From assembly GCF_035999195.1 (NCBI RefSeq), contig NZ_DASYGY010000004.1, positions 58,827 to 122,826 on the forward strand: DNA of 64,000 bases. Direction: 5' to 3'. This document shows positions 18,946 to 28,937 of this stretch, one piece after another (position 1 is the first letter of the stretch; every line of letters begins with the position of its first letter). Under the pieces are notes generated by a model. It was not told where the DNA came from. It made no database searches and saw nothing but the letters and a program-made list of their open reading frames with translations. The DNA comes from Pseudoxanthomonas sp. GTDB taxonomy: Bacteria > Pseudomonadota > Gammaproteobacteria > Xanthomonadales > Xanthomonadaceae. The position numbers were made by a program, and so were the translations under genes.

Positions 18946-20682
18946 ATGTCGTACCGCGCTATCGAGGCCTTGCGTGCGCAGGGCGCACGTTCCACACGTC
19001 TGTCGTTTTCCCCGGTTTCCCAGCCCGCCAGTGTCTTCCGTGGCCGGCAACGCCGTGCCGCGCAGGCCGGCCTGCTGCTTGTCGGCGTGCTGGCGGCAGG
19101 GTCGGCATGGGCACTGATCACCGGCACGTGGACCACCAGCGGGTCCACGTCGGCCACCACCACGGTCAACGGCATCACGGTCACCTGGACGGGCAACTCC
19201 GACCAGAACTACGCCAACGGCGCCTTCAATACGTCGACCACCGGTGGCTGGTGGACCGAGCCCTACGGCGGCACCGTTCCCGGTGGTGCGTCGCTGGTGA
19301 TGCTGCACGACAGCGGTACGCGCAACTACACCGTGACCTTCAGCAAGCCGGTCGACAACCCGGTGCTGCACATCGACCGCCTGGGTGGCGCCATCGGCAG
19401 CGATCCGAACAGTTCGCGCTGGACGTTGGGCGCGACCAGCGCGACCGGCGGCGCGGTCACGCTGACCGAGCTGAGCGGCAACCCGCAGTTCGTACTGAGC
19501 GGCAGCACCTTCTTCCGTCAGACCGGCGCCACCTTCTCCGGCGATGCGGATGGCGAGTGCCGGACCGGCACCACGGGTTCGGTCGCGCGCGGCACCGCCT
19601 GCGGCTCGGTGCGGTTCAACGGCACCGGCATCACCAGCCTGACCTTCAGCGTGGCCCAGTCCGGCCCCACGGGCGGCGACGAACTGGAGCTGCGCTGGAG
19701 CTTCCCGGGCTCCAACGTCATCGTGCGCAAGCAGTCCGCGGGCGGCACCGGCACGTTCGGCATCACCGCCGGCAACGCGCTGTCGCAGAGCTTCAACCTG
19801 ACCACCACGGCGCAGAACACGCCGGTGTCGTCCGCCACGTACCCGATCACCAATCACGCCGCCGCGATCACGCTGACCGAGACCACGGTGCCGGCGGGCT
19901 ATGTGCTGACGGCCGGCACCTGTACCGACCAGAGCAATGCCAGCGTGCCCGCGACGATCAGCACGGGCACGCGCCAGCTGACCATCGCCGCCGGCGCGTA
20001 CCGCGCCAACCAGACCATCACCTGCACCCTGACCAACAGCGCGACCGCGACGCTGGCGCTGGCCAAGCGGTGGGTGGATGCGGCGATCAACGACACCGCG
20101 ACGCTCTCGGGCACGGGCGGTGCCAACAACGCCTCGCTGTCGTCCACCGCCAACAGTGCGTCGGAAACCGATACCGGCACCGCCGTGCAGGTCGTGCCGG
20201 GCAACGTCATCACGCTGTCGGAGACGCTGGGTGCCGGCAATGCACGGAGCTACACCGCCGACGCATGGTCGTGCAGCGGCGGCAGCCTCAGCGGCAACAC
20301 GCTGACGCTGACCGCCGCCCATGCCGGGCAGGCCATCGTGTGCACGGTCACCAACCGGGCGCGCGTGGCCGACGTGTCGATGGTGAAGTCGACCACCGCG
20401 GGCGCTGCGCCCAGCGGACAGGTGCGGAACTTCACCGTGGTCGTCTCGAATGCGGGTCCTGCCGCCGCCGACGGCGCCGTGGTCAGCGACACGCCGGGCG
20501 CGGGCCTGACCTGCCCCGTGTCCGGCAGCCCGATCACCTGTGCCGCCAGTGGCGGCGCCACCTGTCCGGGCGCGGCGGCATTGCCGACCCTCGTCGGCGG
20601 CGGTGTCGCCGTTCCCACGCTGCCCGTGGGCGGCGCGGTGACGTTCACCGTGCCCTGCCGGGTGACCGCGAGCGGGTTCTGA
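18946..20682 (+). CDS. Secreted Thr/Gly/Ser-rich surface protein with Ig-like (prealbumin/SpaA-like) repeats and C-terminal DUF11-like domain
   Basis: Long signal peptide (AGSAWA); repeated ITL.ET......Y.....C modules; ADVSMVKS...FTVVVSNAGPAAADGAVVSD DUF11 pattern. Confidence 0.75.
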   Translation: MSYRAIEALRAQGARSTRLSFSPVSQPASVFRGRQRRAAQAGLLLVGVLAAGSAWALITGTWTTSGSTSATTTVNGITVTWTGNSDQNYANGAFNTSTTGGWWTEPYGGTVPGGASLVMLHDSGTRNYTVTFSKPVDNPVLHIDRLGGAIGSDPNSSRWTLGATSATGGAVTLTELSGNPQFVLSGSTFFRQTGATFSGDADGECRTGTTGSVARGTACGSVRFNGTGITSLTFSVAQSGPTGGDELELRWSFPGSNVIVRKQSAGGTGTFGITAGNALSQSFNLTTTAQNTPVSSATYPITNHAAAITLTETTVPAGYVLTAGTCTDQSNASVPATISTGTRQLTIAAGAYRANQTITCTLTNSATATLALAKRWVDAAINDTATLSGTGGANNASLSSTANSASETDTGTAVQVVPGNVITLSETLGAGNARSYTADAWSCSGGSLSGNTLTLTAAHAGQAIVCTVTNRARVADVSMVKSTTAGAAPSGQVRNFTVVVSNAGPAAADGAVVSDTPGAGLTCPVSGSPITCAASGGATCPGAAALPTLVGGGVAVPTLPVGGAVTFTVPCRVTASGF

Positions 20683-20756
20683 CCCGCCGGCGCGCTTCCC
20701 AAGCGCGTCGGGAGTCTCCATGATGCGGCTCCGTTCCACGCCGCCTGCCTGACGCA

Positions 20757-22856
20757 ATGAGTCGTACCGCCTGGCTGTGGGTGGTCGTGGTGCTGACCAC
20801 CATCGCCCTGGCCGCCACCTTCCTGGTCACGCCGCGCTTTCCCGTTCCCGTGCCCGAGGCCGGTCCGCCCGCCACGGCGTTCGGCTGGAGCGGGCAGCTG
20901 TCCCTGGTCGCCGGCGACGGCGTGCGCGGCACGCGGGACGGTGCCGGCCCGCAGGCCCGCTTCGACGATCCCTGGGGCATCGTCGTGATGGAAGACGGTA
21001 CGCGCTATGTCGCCGACGCCGGCGACAGCAACCGTATCCGCCGCATCACCCGCGATGGCGTGGTGTCGACCCTGGCCGGCGGCCGCGAAGGGTTCATCGA
21101 GGGTACGGGCGCGGCAGCGGCGTTCCACACGCCGTCGGCGCTGGCCCGCGACGCCGCGGGCAATCTCTACGTCGCCGACACCGGCAACCACGCGATCCGC
21201 AGGATCACCCCGGACGGCGTGGTGACCACGGTGGCCGGCACCGGCGCGCCGGGGTTCCGTGACGGTCCTGCGTTGCAGGCGCAGTTCAACGGCCCGATCG
21301 GCGTGGCGGTGGACGGCGGCGGGCGCCTCTACGTGGCCGACACCTACAACGACCGCATCCGCCTGATCGACCGCGATGGCAGCGTCACCACGCTGGCCGG
21401 CGGCGATACGCCGGGCTTCGTCGACGGTTCCGGTACCGAGGCCCGCTTCGACACGCCGACCGGCATCGCCGTCGATGCCACCGGCGTGGTCTGGATCGCC
21501 GACCTGCGCAACGATGCGATCCGCCGCATCGGCCGGCGGGGCGGGGTCAGCACGCTGCCGATGCAGCCCGACCTGCCGACGCAGGCCGGACCGCGGCGTC
21601 CGCTGTCGCTGGCGCTGACGCACGACGGCCATCTCTATGTCGGCGAGCTGTTCAGCGGTCGCGTGATGCAGGTGATGCGCGATGGTCGCTGGCATGCGCT
21701 GGCCGGCCACGTGCCGGGACAGCGCCTGTCGCGGACGGCGGGCCTGGCGGTCGATGCGGCCGGGCAGCTGCACGCCACCGACGCGGGCAGCCATCGCGTG
21801 CATCGCATCGCGCCGCTGGCCGCCGGCGCCCTGCCGGCACCGGCGATCATCGGTCCGTCGGCGGACGATCCGTTGCCGCAGACCGCAGGCCGGTGGCCGC
21901 TGGCACCGCAGGACGGCTGGCACGAAGTCGTCGGCACGCTCGGCGAAGTGCGCGGCGACTACCGCGGCGAGAGTCGGCACCATCTGCATGGCGGTCTGGA
22001 CATCCGCGGCGATGTCGGCGCCACCGTGCTCGCCATCGCCGACGGCAAGGTCAGCAGTCCGTCCGCCGCCTGGAACTTCGACGGCCTCAGCGAAGGCCTG
22101 GGACTGGGTGCGCTGGACTACATCCACATGCGCGTCGGCCGCACGCCGCGCGGCGAGCTGCTGGATCCCGTGCGCTTCCAGCTGCTGCATGATCTCAGCG
22201 GCGATCCCGGCCGCATCCGCGTGCGCCGCGGGACGCGCTTCGCCGCCGGCGATGCACTGGGGACGGTCAACCGCATGGCGCACGTACACCTGTCGATCGG
22301 ACCGGCAGGCTACGAACGCAACGCCATCGCGCTCGGTTTCACCGGCTTCACCGATGCGTATCCTCCGCGCATCGACGAGGTCGCCCTGTACGACACGCTG
22401 GACCAGCCCATCGACCAGCGGCAGGACGGCCGCGTGCTGGTACCGCGCGACCTGCAGGGCGTGCGCATCGTGGTGGATGCCTGGGACCAGGTGGACCGCA
22501 ACCTGCCGCGGCGCCGGCTCGGGCTGCATGCGCTGGGCTACCAGCTGTTGCACGACGACGGCACGCCGGTCGCCGGCTTCGAGACGCCGCGGATGACCCT
22601 CGATTTCCAGCGCTTGCCCGCCGACGAGGCCGTGCAGGTCGCCTACGCGCCCGGCAGCGGCATCACCGTGCATGGCAGCGCGGTGACGCGCTTCAAGTAC
22701 AGCGTGACCAACACGGTCCGCGATGGCCTGTGGGCCGAAGGCAGCTGGCAGGTCGGCGCGATGCCGCCCGGCGACTACACGCTGCGGATCACGGCGCGCG
22801 ACTACGCCGGCAACGAAGCCCAGGCGCGCCGCGACCTGAAACTGCGCTTGCAGTAG
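20757..22856 (+). CDS. NHL-repeat beta-propeller protein with M23-like metallopeptidase domain
   Basis: N-terminal TM; repeats of F..P.G.AVD..G..YVADT.N..IR; HLHGGLD and HVH motifs. Confidence 0.8.
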   Translation: MSRTAWLWVVVVLTTIALAATFLVTPRFPVPVPEAGPPATAFGWSGQLSLVAGDGVRGTRDGAGPQARFDDPWGIVVMEDGTRYVADAGDSNRIRRITRDGVVSTLAGGREGFIEGTGAAAAFHTPSALARDAAGNLYVADTGNHAIRRITPDGVVTTVAGTGAPGFRDGPALQAQFNGPIGVAVDGGGRLYVADTYNDRIRLIDRDGSVTTLAGGDTPGFVDGSGTEARFDTPTGIAVDATGVVWIADLRNDAIRRIGRRGGVSTLPMQPDLPTQAGPRRPLSLALTHDGHLYVGELFSGRVMQVMRDGRWHALAGHVPGQRLSRTAGLAVDAAGQLHATDAGSHRVHRIAPLAAGALPAPAIIGPSADDPLPQTAGRWPLAPQDGWHEVVGTLGEVRGDYRGESRHHLHGGLDIRGDVGATVLAIADGKVSSPSAAWNFDGLSEGLGLGALDYIHMRVGRTPRGELLDPVRFQLLHDLSGDPGRIRVRRGTRFAAGDALGTVNRMAHVHLSIGPAGYERNAIALGFTGFTDAYPPRIDEVALYDTLDQPIDQRQDGRVLVPRDLQGVRIVVDAWDQVDRNLPRRRLGLHALGYQLLHDDGTPVAGFETPRMTLDFQRLPADEAVQVAYAPGSGITVHGSAVTRFKYSVTNTVRDGLWAEGSWQVGAMPPGDYTLRITARDYAGNEAQARRDLKLRLQ

Positions 22857-22968
22857 GGCGGGCCACGGCCCGCCATTTCCCTGCGCCGATCCTGTCGATC
22901 CGCGACCTGTCCGTTCGTCGTCTTCCCGAAAGCGGCCGGAACGCCCGTCCGCATGACAGGAGACTGCA

Positions 22969-23394
22969 ATGCGCGTCATGGTCATCGTGAAAGCCAATAC
23001 CGATACGGAGGCGGGGCGGATGCCCAGCACCGAACAGCTGACGGCGATGGGCGAGTTCAACGAAGCGCTGGTGAAGGCCGGCATCCTGCTGGCCGGCGAA
23101 GGCCTGCATCCCACATCGCGCGGCGCACGCGTGCGTTTCGAAGGCAGGCAGCGCACCGTCATCGACGGACCCTTCGGCGAGACGAAGGAACTGGTGGCCG
23201 GGTTCTGGCTGTGGCAGGTGCGCAATCTCGACGAGGCCATCGAATGGATCAAACGCGCGCCGTTCGACGGAGGGGAAGAAGTCGAACTGCGCCCGGTCTT
23301 CGAGGCCGACGACTTCGGCGATGCGCTCACCCCGGAATTGCGCGAGCAGGAAGCGCGTCTGGCCGCACAGATCCCTGCCTCCAGCGAGCGTTGA
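22969..23394 (+). CDS. YciI/DGPF-family protein
   Basis: IDGPFGETKELVAGFW motif. Confidence 0.88.
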   Translation: MRVMVIVKANTDTEAGRMPSTEQLTAMGEFNEALVKAGILLAGEGLHPTSRGARVRFEGRQRTVIDGPFGETKELVAGFWLWQVRNLDEAIEWIKRAPFDGGEEVELRPVFEADDFGDALTPELREQEARLAAQIPASSER

Positions 23395-23404
23395 GGGTCA
23401 CGCC

Positions 23405-23812
23405 ATGAGTACGCAGATCTTCGTCAACCTGCCCGTGCGCGACCTGCCGGCCTCGCGCGCCTTCTTCGATGCGCTGGGCTACCGCGCCAACCTGAAGTTC
23501 ACCAACGACGATGCGGCCTGCATCGTCATCAGCGACAGCATCCACGTGATGCTGCTGGTGGAGCCGTTCTTCCAGGGATTCACGCGCAAGACCCTCTGCG
23601 ATGCGCGCACGCACACCGAGGTGATCCTCTGTCTGTCGGCCGACCGCCGCAGCGCCGTCGACTACATGGTGGACAAGGCGCTGGCCGCCGGCGGCAGCGA
23701 GCCGATGGAGGCCAAGGACTACGGTTTCATGTACCAGCGCAGCTTCCAGGACCTCGATGGGCATCTGTGGGAAGTGGTGTACATGGATGAGGGCGGGATG
23801 CCGGCGGAGTGA
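23405..23812 (+). CDS. VOC/glyoxalase family protein
   Basis: IFVNLPV.DL..S..FF; MYQRSFQDLDGHLWE. Confidence 0.88.
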   Translation: MSTQIFVNLPVRDLPASRAFFDALGYRANLKFTNDDAACIVISDSIHVMLLVEPFFQGFTRKTLCDARTHTEVILCLSADRRSAVDYMVDKALAAGGSEPMEAKDYGFMYQRSFQDLDGHLWEVVYMDEGGMPAE

Positions 23813-24034
23813 GTGGCCGCCGTGCCTCGCGCCGTGTTTTGCGGTCACCTGCGAGCGTTAGCTCCCGTCCGATCGCGGTCCCTCCTGCCGCGCGCCACCG
23901 GACGCCGGCCACCGGGGCCGGCGCGCTGATGCATCGGGAGATCCGCGATGCAGGTCGTGATCGCGTGCGCTTGTCCATCGCCATGCCGCTGCGTTCTAAT
24001 CCGGGCGGGGATACGCGATGCCAGGGAGGCATCC

Positions 24035-25972
24035 ATGGGGTGGCAAATACGGAGTGCGGGCATCCTGCTGGGATGCCTGCTGGCGCCGCTGGCGCATGCG
24101 CAGGTGGACCTGGAGCCGCTCCTCAAGAAGGACGTGCTGCAGACGCTGAAGATCTCGCCCACCGGCGAGTACTACGCGATGACGGTGCCGCTGGAGGACC
24201 AGACCATCCTGGCGGTGGTGCGGCGCGCCGACCAGCAGGTGACCTCGAAGATCACCGCCGGCAGCGACAGCGTCGTCAGCAATGTCTGGTGGGTCAGCGA
24301 CGACCGCGTGGTGGTGTCGGTGGCGAAGAAATTCGGCTCGCGCGACCAGCCCTATCCGACCGGAGAGCTGTACGCCACCAATGCCGACGGTACCCATCGG
24401 CGGCAGATCTTCGCGCGCTACGGGCTGGACGCCACGCAGGTGCAGCCGCGCGCGGCCTACCTGATCGACACGCTGCCCGACGACCCGCGCAAGGTGCTGG
24501 TGGGCATGTACGCACTGGACACGTCGACGCCCAGCACGCGGGTGGAGCGGCTGGATGTGTTCAACGGCAGCATGGACACGGTGGCCACGGCGCCGGTGCG
24601 CCGCGCCAGCTTCACGGTCGACGCCGCCCGCCGCGTGCGCCTCGCGATCGGCGCGGGCGACGACAACGTCCGCAAGCTCTACCACCGCGCCGACGACCGG
24701 TCGTCCTGGACGCTGGTCAACGACGAGGCGAAGACCGGCTTCGTGGAGTGGCCGCTGGGCCTGTCGGCCGATGGACGGATCGCCTACCTGCAGGCGGAGC
24801 AGGCGGACGGGCCGGACGCCATCGTCGCGCTGGATACCGTGACCGGCACGCGCACTCGGGTGCTGCGCGATCCGGTGGTCGATCCGTACGACATCATCTA
24901 CGCCGATGACGGACAGACGCCGGTGGGCAGCTTCTTCATGCACGACAAGCTGCGCACCGCATTCTTCGACGACACGTCGCCCACCGCACGCCTGTACCGC
25001 AAGCTGGAGCGGTCCTTCCCCGGTTCCTCCATCGCCATCACCTCGGGCACGCGCGACGGTCGGCTGAAAGTGGTGCAGGCCTGGAGCGACACCAGTCCGG
25101 GCGATTTCTTCCTGTTCGACACCACCACCAATACCGCCGACCTCATCTTCAGCCGGCGCAGCTGGCTGGATCCGAAGGTGCTGGCGCCGAGCGAGCCGGT
25201 CACCCTGCGCGCCCGCGATGGGCTGACGCTGCATGGCTACCTCACGCGGCCACGCGATGGACGCGATGCGCCGCTGCCGCTGGTGGTGATGCCGCACGGC
25301 GGGCCGTTCGGCGTGTTCGACCGCTGGGAGGTCGATGACGAGGCGGAGATGCTGGCACGCGCGGGCTATGCCGTGCTTCGCGTGAATTACCGGGGATCGG
25401 GCAACTACGGCCGCGCCTTCAAGCAGGCCGGGGCACGGCAGTGGGGCCGGACCATGCAGGACGATCTCACCGACGCCACGCGCTGGGCGATCGAACAGAA
25501 GATCGCCGATCCCGCGCGCATCTGCCTGTATGGCGCCAGCTACGGTGCCTATGCGTCGCTGATGGGCGTGGCCAGGGAGCCGGAGCTGTACCGCTGCGCC
25601 GCCGGCTACGTGGGCGTGTACGACCTGGCGCTGATGCACAAGCAGGATTCGCGCGAGAGCCGGTCCAGCCGCAACTGGATGGAGGACTGGATCAGCGACG
25701 ACCGCGCCAGCCTGGCGGACGTGTCGCCCACCGCGCTGGCGCAACGTATCCGTGCGCCCGTGTTCCTGGCCGCGGGCGGCAAGGACGAGATCGCCCCGCA
25801 GGCGCACAGCGAGCGCATGGAGAAGGCGTTGAAGGCGGCCGGCGTGCCGGTGGAGACGCTATACGTGCGCACCGAGGGCCACGGTTTCTACAGCGAAGCC
25901 AACCGGCGCACGTACTACACCCGCCTGCTGGATTTCCTGTCGCGTCACCTCGGCGGCGCGAAGGCGAAGTAG
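24035..25972 (+). CDS. Exported S9 (prolyl oligopeptidase-like) serine peptidase
   Basis: Signal peptide; PHGGP, GASYG nucleophile, GGKD, EGHGF. Confidence 0.9.
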   Translation: MGWQIRSAGILLGCLLAPLAHAQVDLEPLLKKDVLQTLKISPTGEYYAMTVPLEDQTILAVVRRADQQVTSKITAGSDSVVSNVWWVSDDRVVVSVAKKFGSRDQPYPTGELYATNADGTHRRQIFARYGLDATQVQPRAAYLIDTLPDDPRKVLVGMYALDTSTPSTRVERLDVFNGSMDTVATAPVRRASFTVDAARRVRLAIGAGDDNVRKLYHRADDRSSWTLVNDEAKTGFVEWPLGLSADGRIAYLQAEQADGPDAIVALDTVTGTRTRVLRDPVVDPYDIIYADDGQTPVGSFFMHDKLRTAFFDDTSPTARLYRKLERSFPGSSIAITSGTRDGRLKVVQAWSDTSPGDFFLFDTTTNTADLIFSRRSWLDPKVLAPSEPVTLRARDGLTLHGYLTRPRDGRDAPLPLVVMPHGGPFGVFDRWEVDDEAEMLARAGYAVLRVNYRGSGNYGRAFKQAGARQWGRTMQDDLTDATRWAIEQKIADPARICLYGASYGAYASLMGVAREPELYRCAAGYVGVYDLALMHKQDSRESRSSRNWMEDWISDDRASLADVSPTALAQRIRAPVFLAAGGKDEIAPQAHSERMEKALKAAGVPVETLYVRTEGHGFYSEANRRTYYTRLLDFLSRHLGGAKAK

Positions 25973-25973
25973 C

Positions 25974-26348
25974 TCAGGCGCCGACGCGCCGGCGTACTTC
26001 GTCGAAGTCACGCACCGGCCGCACTTCGATGCTGCCGGTGCCGACCCAGGGGAATCCCTGTGCGATCTTCACTGCCTCGTCCAGGCTGTCGGCCTCGATC
26101 AGGTTGTAACCGCCCAGGATTTCCTTGGTCTCGGCGAACGGGCCATCGACCACGCGGGTCTTGCCGTCGCGCACGCGCACGGTGCGTGCGGTGCTGCCGT
26201 GTTCCAGCTGCTGCGATTCGATCAGCGTGCCCTGCGCCTTCAGTTCGTCGGCATGGGTGATGCAGCCGTGCATCATCCGGTCGAACGCGCCCTCGGGCAG
26301 CGCTTCCAGCAACGCGTCATCCGTGTAGATCATCAACAGGAACTTCAT
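25974..26348 (-). CDS. YciI/DGPF-family protein
   Basis: VDGPFAETKEILGGY motif. Confidence 0.88.
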   Translation of the reverse strand: MKFLLMIYTDDALLEALPEGAFDRMMHGCITHADELKAQGTLIESQQLEHGSTARTVRVRDGKTRVVDGPFAETKEILGGYNLIEADSLDEAVKIAQGFPWVGTGSIEVRPVRDFDEVRRRVGA

Positions 26349-26427
26349 GCGCCCTCCCGGCGTGCGGTGCAGGCCGGGATTGTGCCACGCGATGATGTCC
26401 AGTCCCCGTGTCGGGGCTTGATCGCGC

Positions 26428-26676
26428 TCACTCGCCGGCGGGCGAGCGGTACCAGGCTTCGACGGTGCCCTTGATCTTCATCGTCATCGGATTGCCGCGA
26501 CGGTCCTTCGACTTGCCCACCGGCACGCGCACCCAGCCCTCGCTGATGCAGTACTCCTCCACGTTGTCACGCTCCACGCCGTTGAAGCGGATGCCCACGC
26601 CGCGGTCCATCACCTCGGCGTCATGGAACGGGCTGCGCGGATCGGAGGCCAGGCGGTCGGGAGGCGTGTCGGACAT
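26428..26676 (-). CDS. DUF3297-like small protein
   Basis: GIRFNGVERDNVEEYCISEGWVRV pattern. Confidence 0.75.
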   Translation of the reverse strand: MSDTPPDRLASDPRSPFHDAEVMDRGVGIRFNGVERDNVEEYCISEGWVRVPVGKSKDRRGNPMTMKIKGTVEAWYRSPAGE

Positions 26677-26728
26677 GGGAAGACGTCGTGCTGGGATCAG
26701 GAACGCAAGGATACCCGAAGCCCGCCGT

Positions 26729-27439
26729 TCACCAGGCCACGCGGTTGCGGCTGCAGGCGAGGGTGGCCTGCAGGGTCAGCCGGCCGCGTCGCGGATCGGC
26801 GCTCAGCGGTGTCGCCTCGGTGATGGCGGGTGCATGGAAGGCATCGCCCTCGTGGATCAGCAGGCGGTTCCATCGCGGCGGCACGGTCAGCACATGGGTG
26901 AAGCTGGCGCTGGAGGCCTGCGGATACCCGGCAGCGAGCGCGTAACGCAGGGCGAAGGCTTCGGACGACAGCGTCCCGGCATCGTGTTCCACCTGCTCGA
27001 CCTGCTGCGGCGAGACGCGCGGCAGGAAAAAATGCGTGCCGCCCAGCGTCGGATCGCGGAACAGGAACAGCTCCGCCACCGCCATGCACTGGCCGGGCGC
27101 CGGCGCGCGCAGGCGGCGCGGGAGCCAGTGCGTCGGCGCAAGCTGCGCAGCGGGCGACGTCGGCAACGACAGGCGGCTTGCGCTGCGCAGGACACGTCGC
27201 GTGCCCAGCGCGTGGCGTGCGTGATCGCGGATCACGTCGTGCAGCAGCTCGGTGAACTCCTCCGGCATGCGCAGCTGCACGCCGGGAAAGACACTGGGAG
27301 GCGCCGGCTGGAAGTCCTCGCGATAGGCGTCGGCGAAGGCCGGTAGCCGCTCCGGTGCCAGCAGCGCGTCGTCGATGACGATGCACGCACGGCCGTGGCC
27401 GATCGGCAGCGACTGGACCACGGGACGCGGATTGAACAT
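26729..27439 (-). CDS. DUF6445-like (2OG-Fe(II) oxygenase-like) protein
   Basis: IVIDDAL..PE, FPGV, GGTHFF, WNRLLI.EG..FH, GRLTL patterns. Confidence 0.6.
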   Translation of the reverse strand: MFNPRPVVQSLPIGHGRACIVIDDALLAPERLPAFADAYREDFQPAPPSVFPGVQLRMPEEFTELLHDVIRDHARHALGTRRVLRSASRLSLPTSPAAQLAPTHWLPRRLRAPAPGQCMAVAELFLFRDPTLGGTHFFLPRVSPQQVEQVEHDAGTLSSEAFALRYALAAGYPQASSASFTHVLTVPPRWNRLLIHEGDAFHAPAITEATPLSADPRRGRLTLQATLACSRNRVAW

Positions 27440-27509
27440 GGCGCGGCCTCCCCGGCAGGCCGGCTCGCGGGCCGGCGCCGCCACGATAGACCTTGCGTGC
27501 GATGGAGAC

Positions 27510-27551
27510 AAAAAAGAACGCCGGGACGGCCCACCACGACCGCCCCGGCGT
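27510..27551 (-). terminator. Intrinsic terminator after fasciclin gene
   Basis: acgccggg...cccggcgt stem followed on minus strand by tctttttt. Confidence 0.6.
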
Positions 27552-27568
27552 GTGCTGCCGTCGAGGAA

Positions 27569-28168
27569 TTACGGCATCAGCACCTTGTCGACCACGTGGA
27601 TCACGCCGTTGCTGCCCTTCAGGTCGGCCGTTGTGACCTTGGCCACGTTGCCCTTGGCGTCGGTCACGGTCACGCCGCCATCGACGACCTGCGCCTTCAG
27701 CTCGCCGCCCTGCACGGTCTTCAGCGTGGCGGTGCCGCCGCTGGCCTGGATCTGCTGGGTGAGCGTGGCGGCGTCGACGTTGCCCGGCACCACGTGGTAG
27801 GTGAGGACGGACGTCAGGTCCGCCTTGCTTTCCGGCTTCAGCAGCGTGTCCACGGTGCCGGCCGGCAGCGCGTCGAACGCCGCGTTGGTCGGTGCGAACA
27901 CGGTGAACGGACCGGCGCCCTTCAGCGTGTCCACCAGGCCGGCCGCCTGCACGGCAGCGACCAGCGTGCTGTGGTCGGGCGAACCGATCGCGATATCCAC
28001 CACATCGCTCTGTTCGGCGGCCGGCATGGCGGCGTCGGCCGGGGCGGGATCGCTGGCTTCGGCGACGGGCGCCGGTGCGGCGCCGGCATCGGCTTCGGCG
28101 GTCTTGGGCGAGCAGGCTGCGGCCGTGACGACGGCGAGCAGGGCGACGGAAAGGACGGTGCGGTTCAT
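27569..28168 (-). CDS. Fasciclin (FAS1) domain lipoprotein
   Basis: Lipobox AAAC; GPFTVFAPTNAAF, LTYHVV, SNGVIHVVDKVL. Confidence 0.92.
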   Translation of the reverse strand: MNRTVLSVALLAVVTAAACSPKTAEADAGAAPAPVAEASDPAPADAAMPAAEQSDVVDIAIGSPDHSTLVAAVQAAGLVDTLKGAGPFTVFAPTNAAFDALPAGTVDTLLKPESKADLTSVLTYHVVPGNVDAATLTQQIQASGGTATLKTVQGGELKAQVVDGGVTVTDAKGNVAKVTTADLKGSNGVIHVVDKVLMP

Positions 28169-28320
28169 GGATGTCTCCTGGGTGGGTAGGGATGTCGTTG
28201 TTGCGCTTGCGGAGACATCTACGCCCGCGCCCCACCCGCGGATGCATCACGTGGCCTTAATATTCAGCGAACCTTGACATCGGCAACCGCCCCTCCCGCC
28301 CCGCCACGCGACCACACCCC

Positions 28321-28875
28321 ATGACGCTGCCCGACCACGAATTCGATCCCGACGACAACTTCCGCCACGCCTTCGACGATGAAGACGACATGGACCTGGA
28401 CGACACCGAGGCACTGGTCTGGAACCTGCTGGTGCTGATCAATCCCGGCGACGAAGAGACCGCGCTGCGGCAGTTCGCCGCGTACCGCGACGCCGGCGGC
28501 GACGAAGGCATCGAGCCGGACCAGGTGCTGTGGACGCTGAAGGACGCCATCGACTGGACCTCCGGTTTCTACGTGGACTGGAAGGACACCGAATCCTTCA
28601 TCGACTGCATCAACCAGCTGGCCGCGCGCTACGCCATCGAGATCGACTGGGGCGGCGACACCAGCGACGAGGAGTTCCTCGACGGCACCGACGTACCCGC
28701 GTTGATGGCCATCGCCTACGACCGCCTGCGCGAGCACGGCTATACCCTGTGGAACTGGAACACCGACGGCGACGCATATGCCGGCTGGATGGCGCTGCGC
28801 CGCGATGACGAAGGCATGCAGCAACTGGCCGCCGTGATGGGCGTGGAGATCCGGCCGGGCAGCGACGCCTTCTGA
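28321..28875 (+). CDS. Acidic hypothetical protein (DUF6630-like)
   Basis: Strong coding bias; VDWKD and D.DAYAGW patterns. Confidence 0.6.
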   Translation: MTLPDHEFDPDDNFRHAFDDEDDMDLDDTEALVWNLLVLINPGDEETALRQFAAYRDAGGDEGIEPDQVLWTLKDAIDWTSGFYVDWKDTESFIDCINQLAARYAIEIDWGGDTSDEEFLDGTDVPALMAIAYDRLREHGYTLWNWNTDGDAYAGWMALRRDDEGMQQLAAVMGVEIRPGSDAF

Positions 28876-28937
28876 TCGCGCTCCTGCGACGGGGCGCGCT
28901 AGACTCGCCCGGTCCCCCGCTCGCGAGTCCGCCCGTC

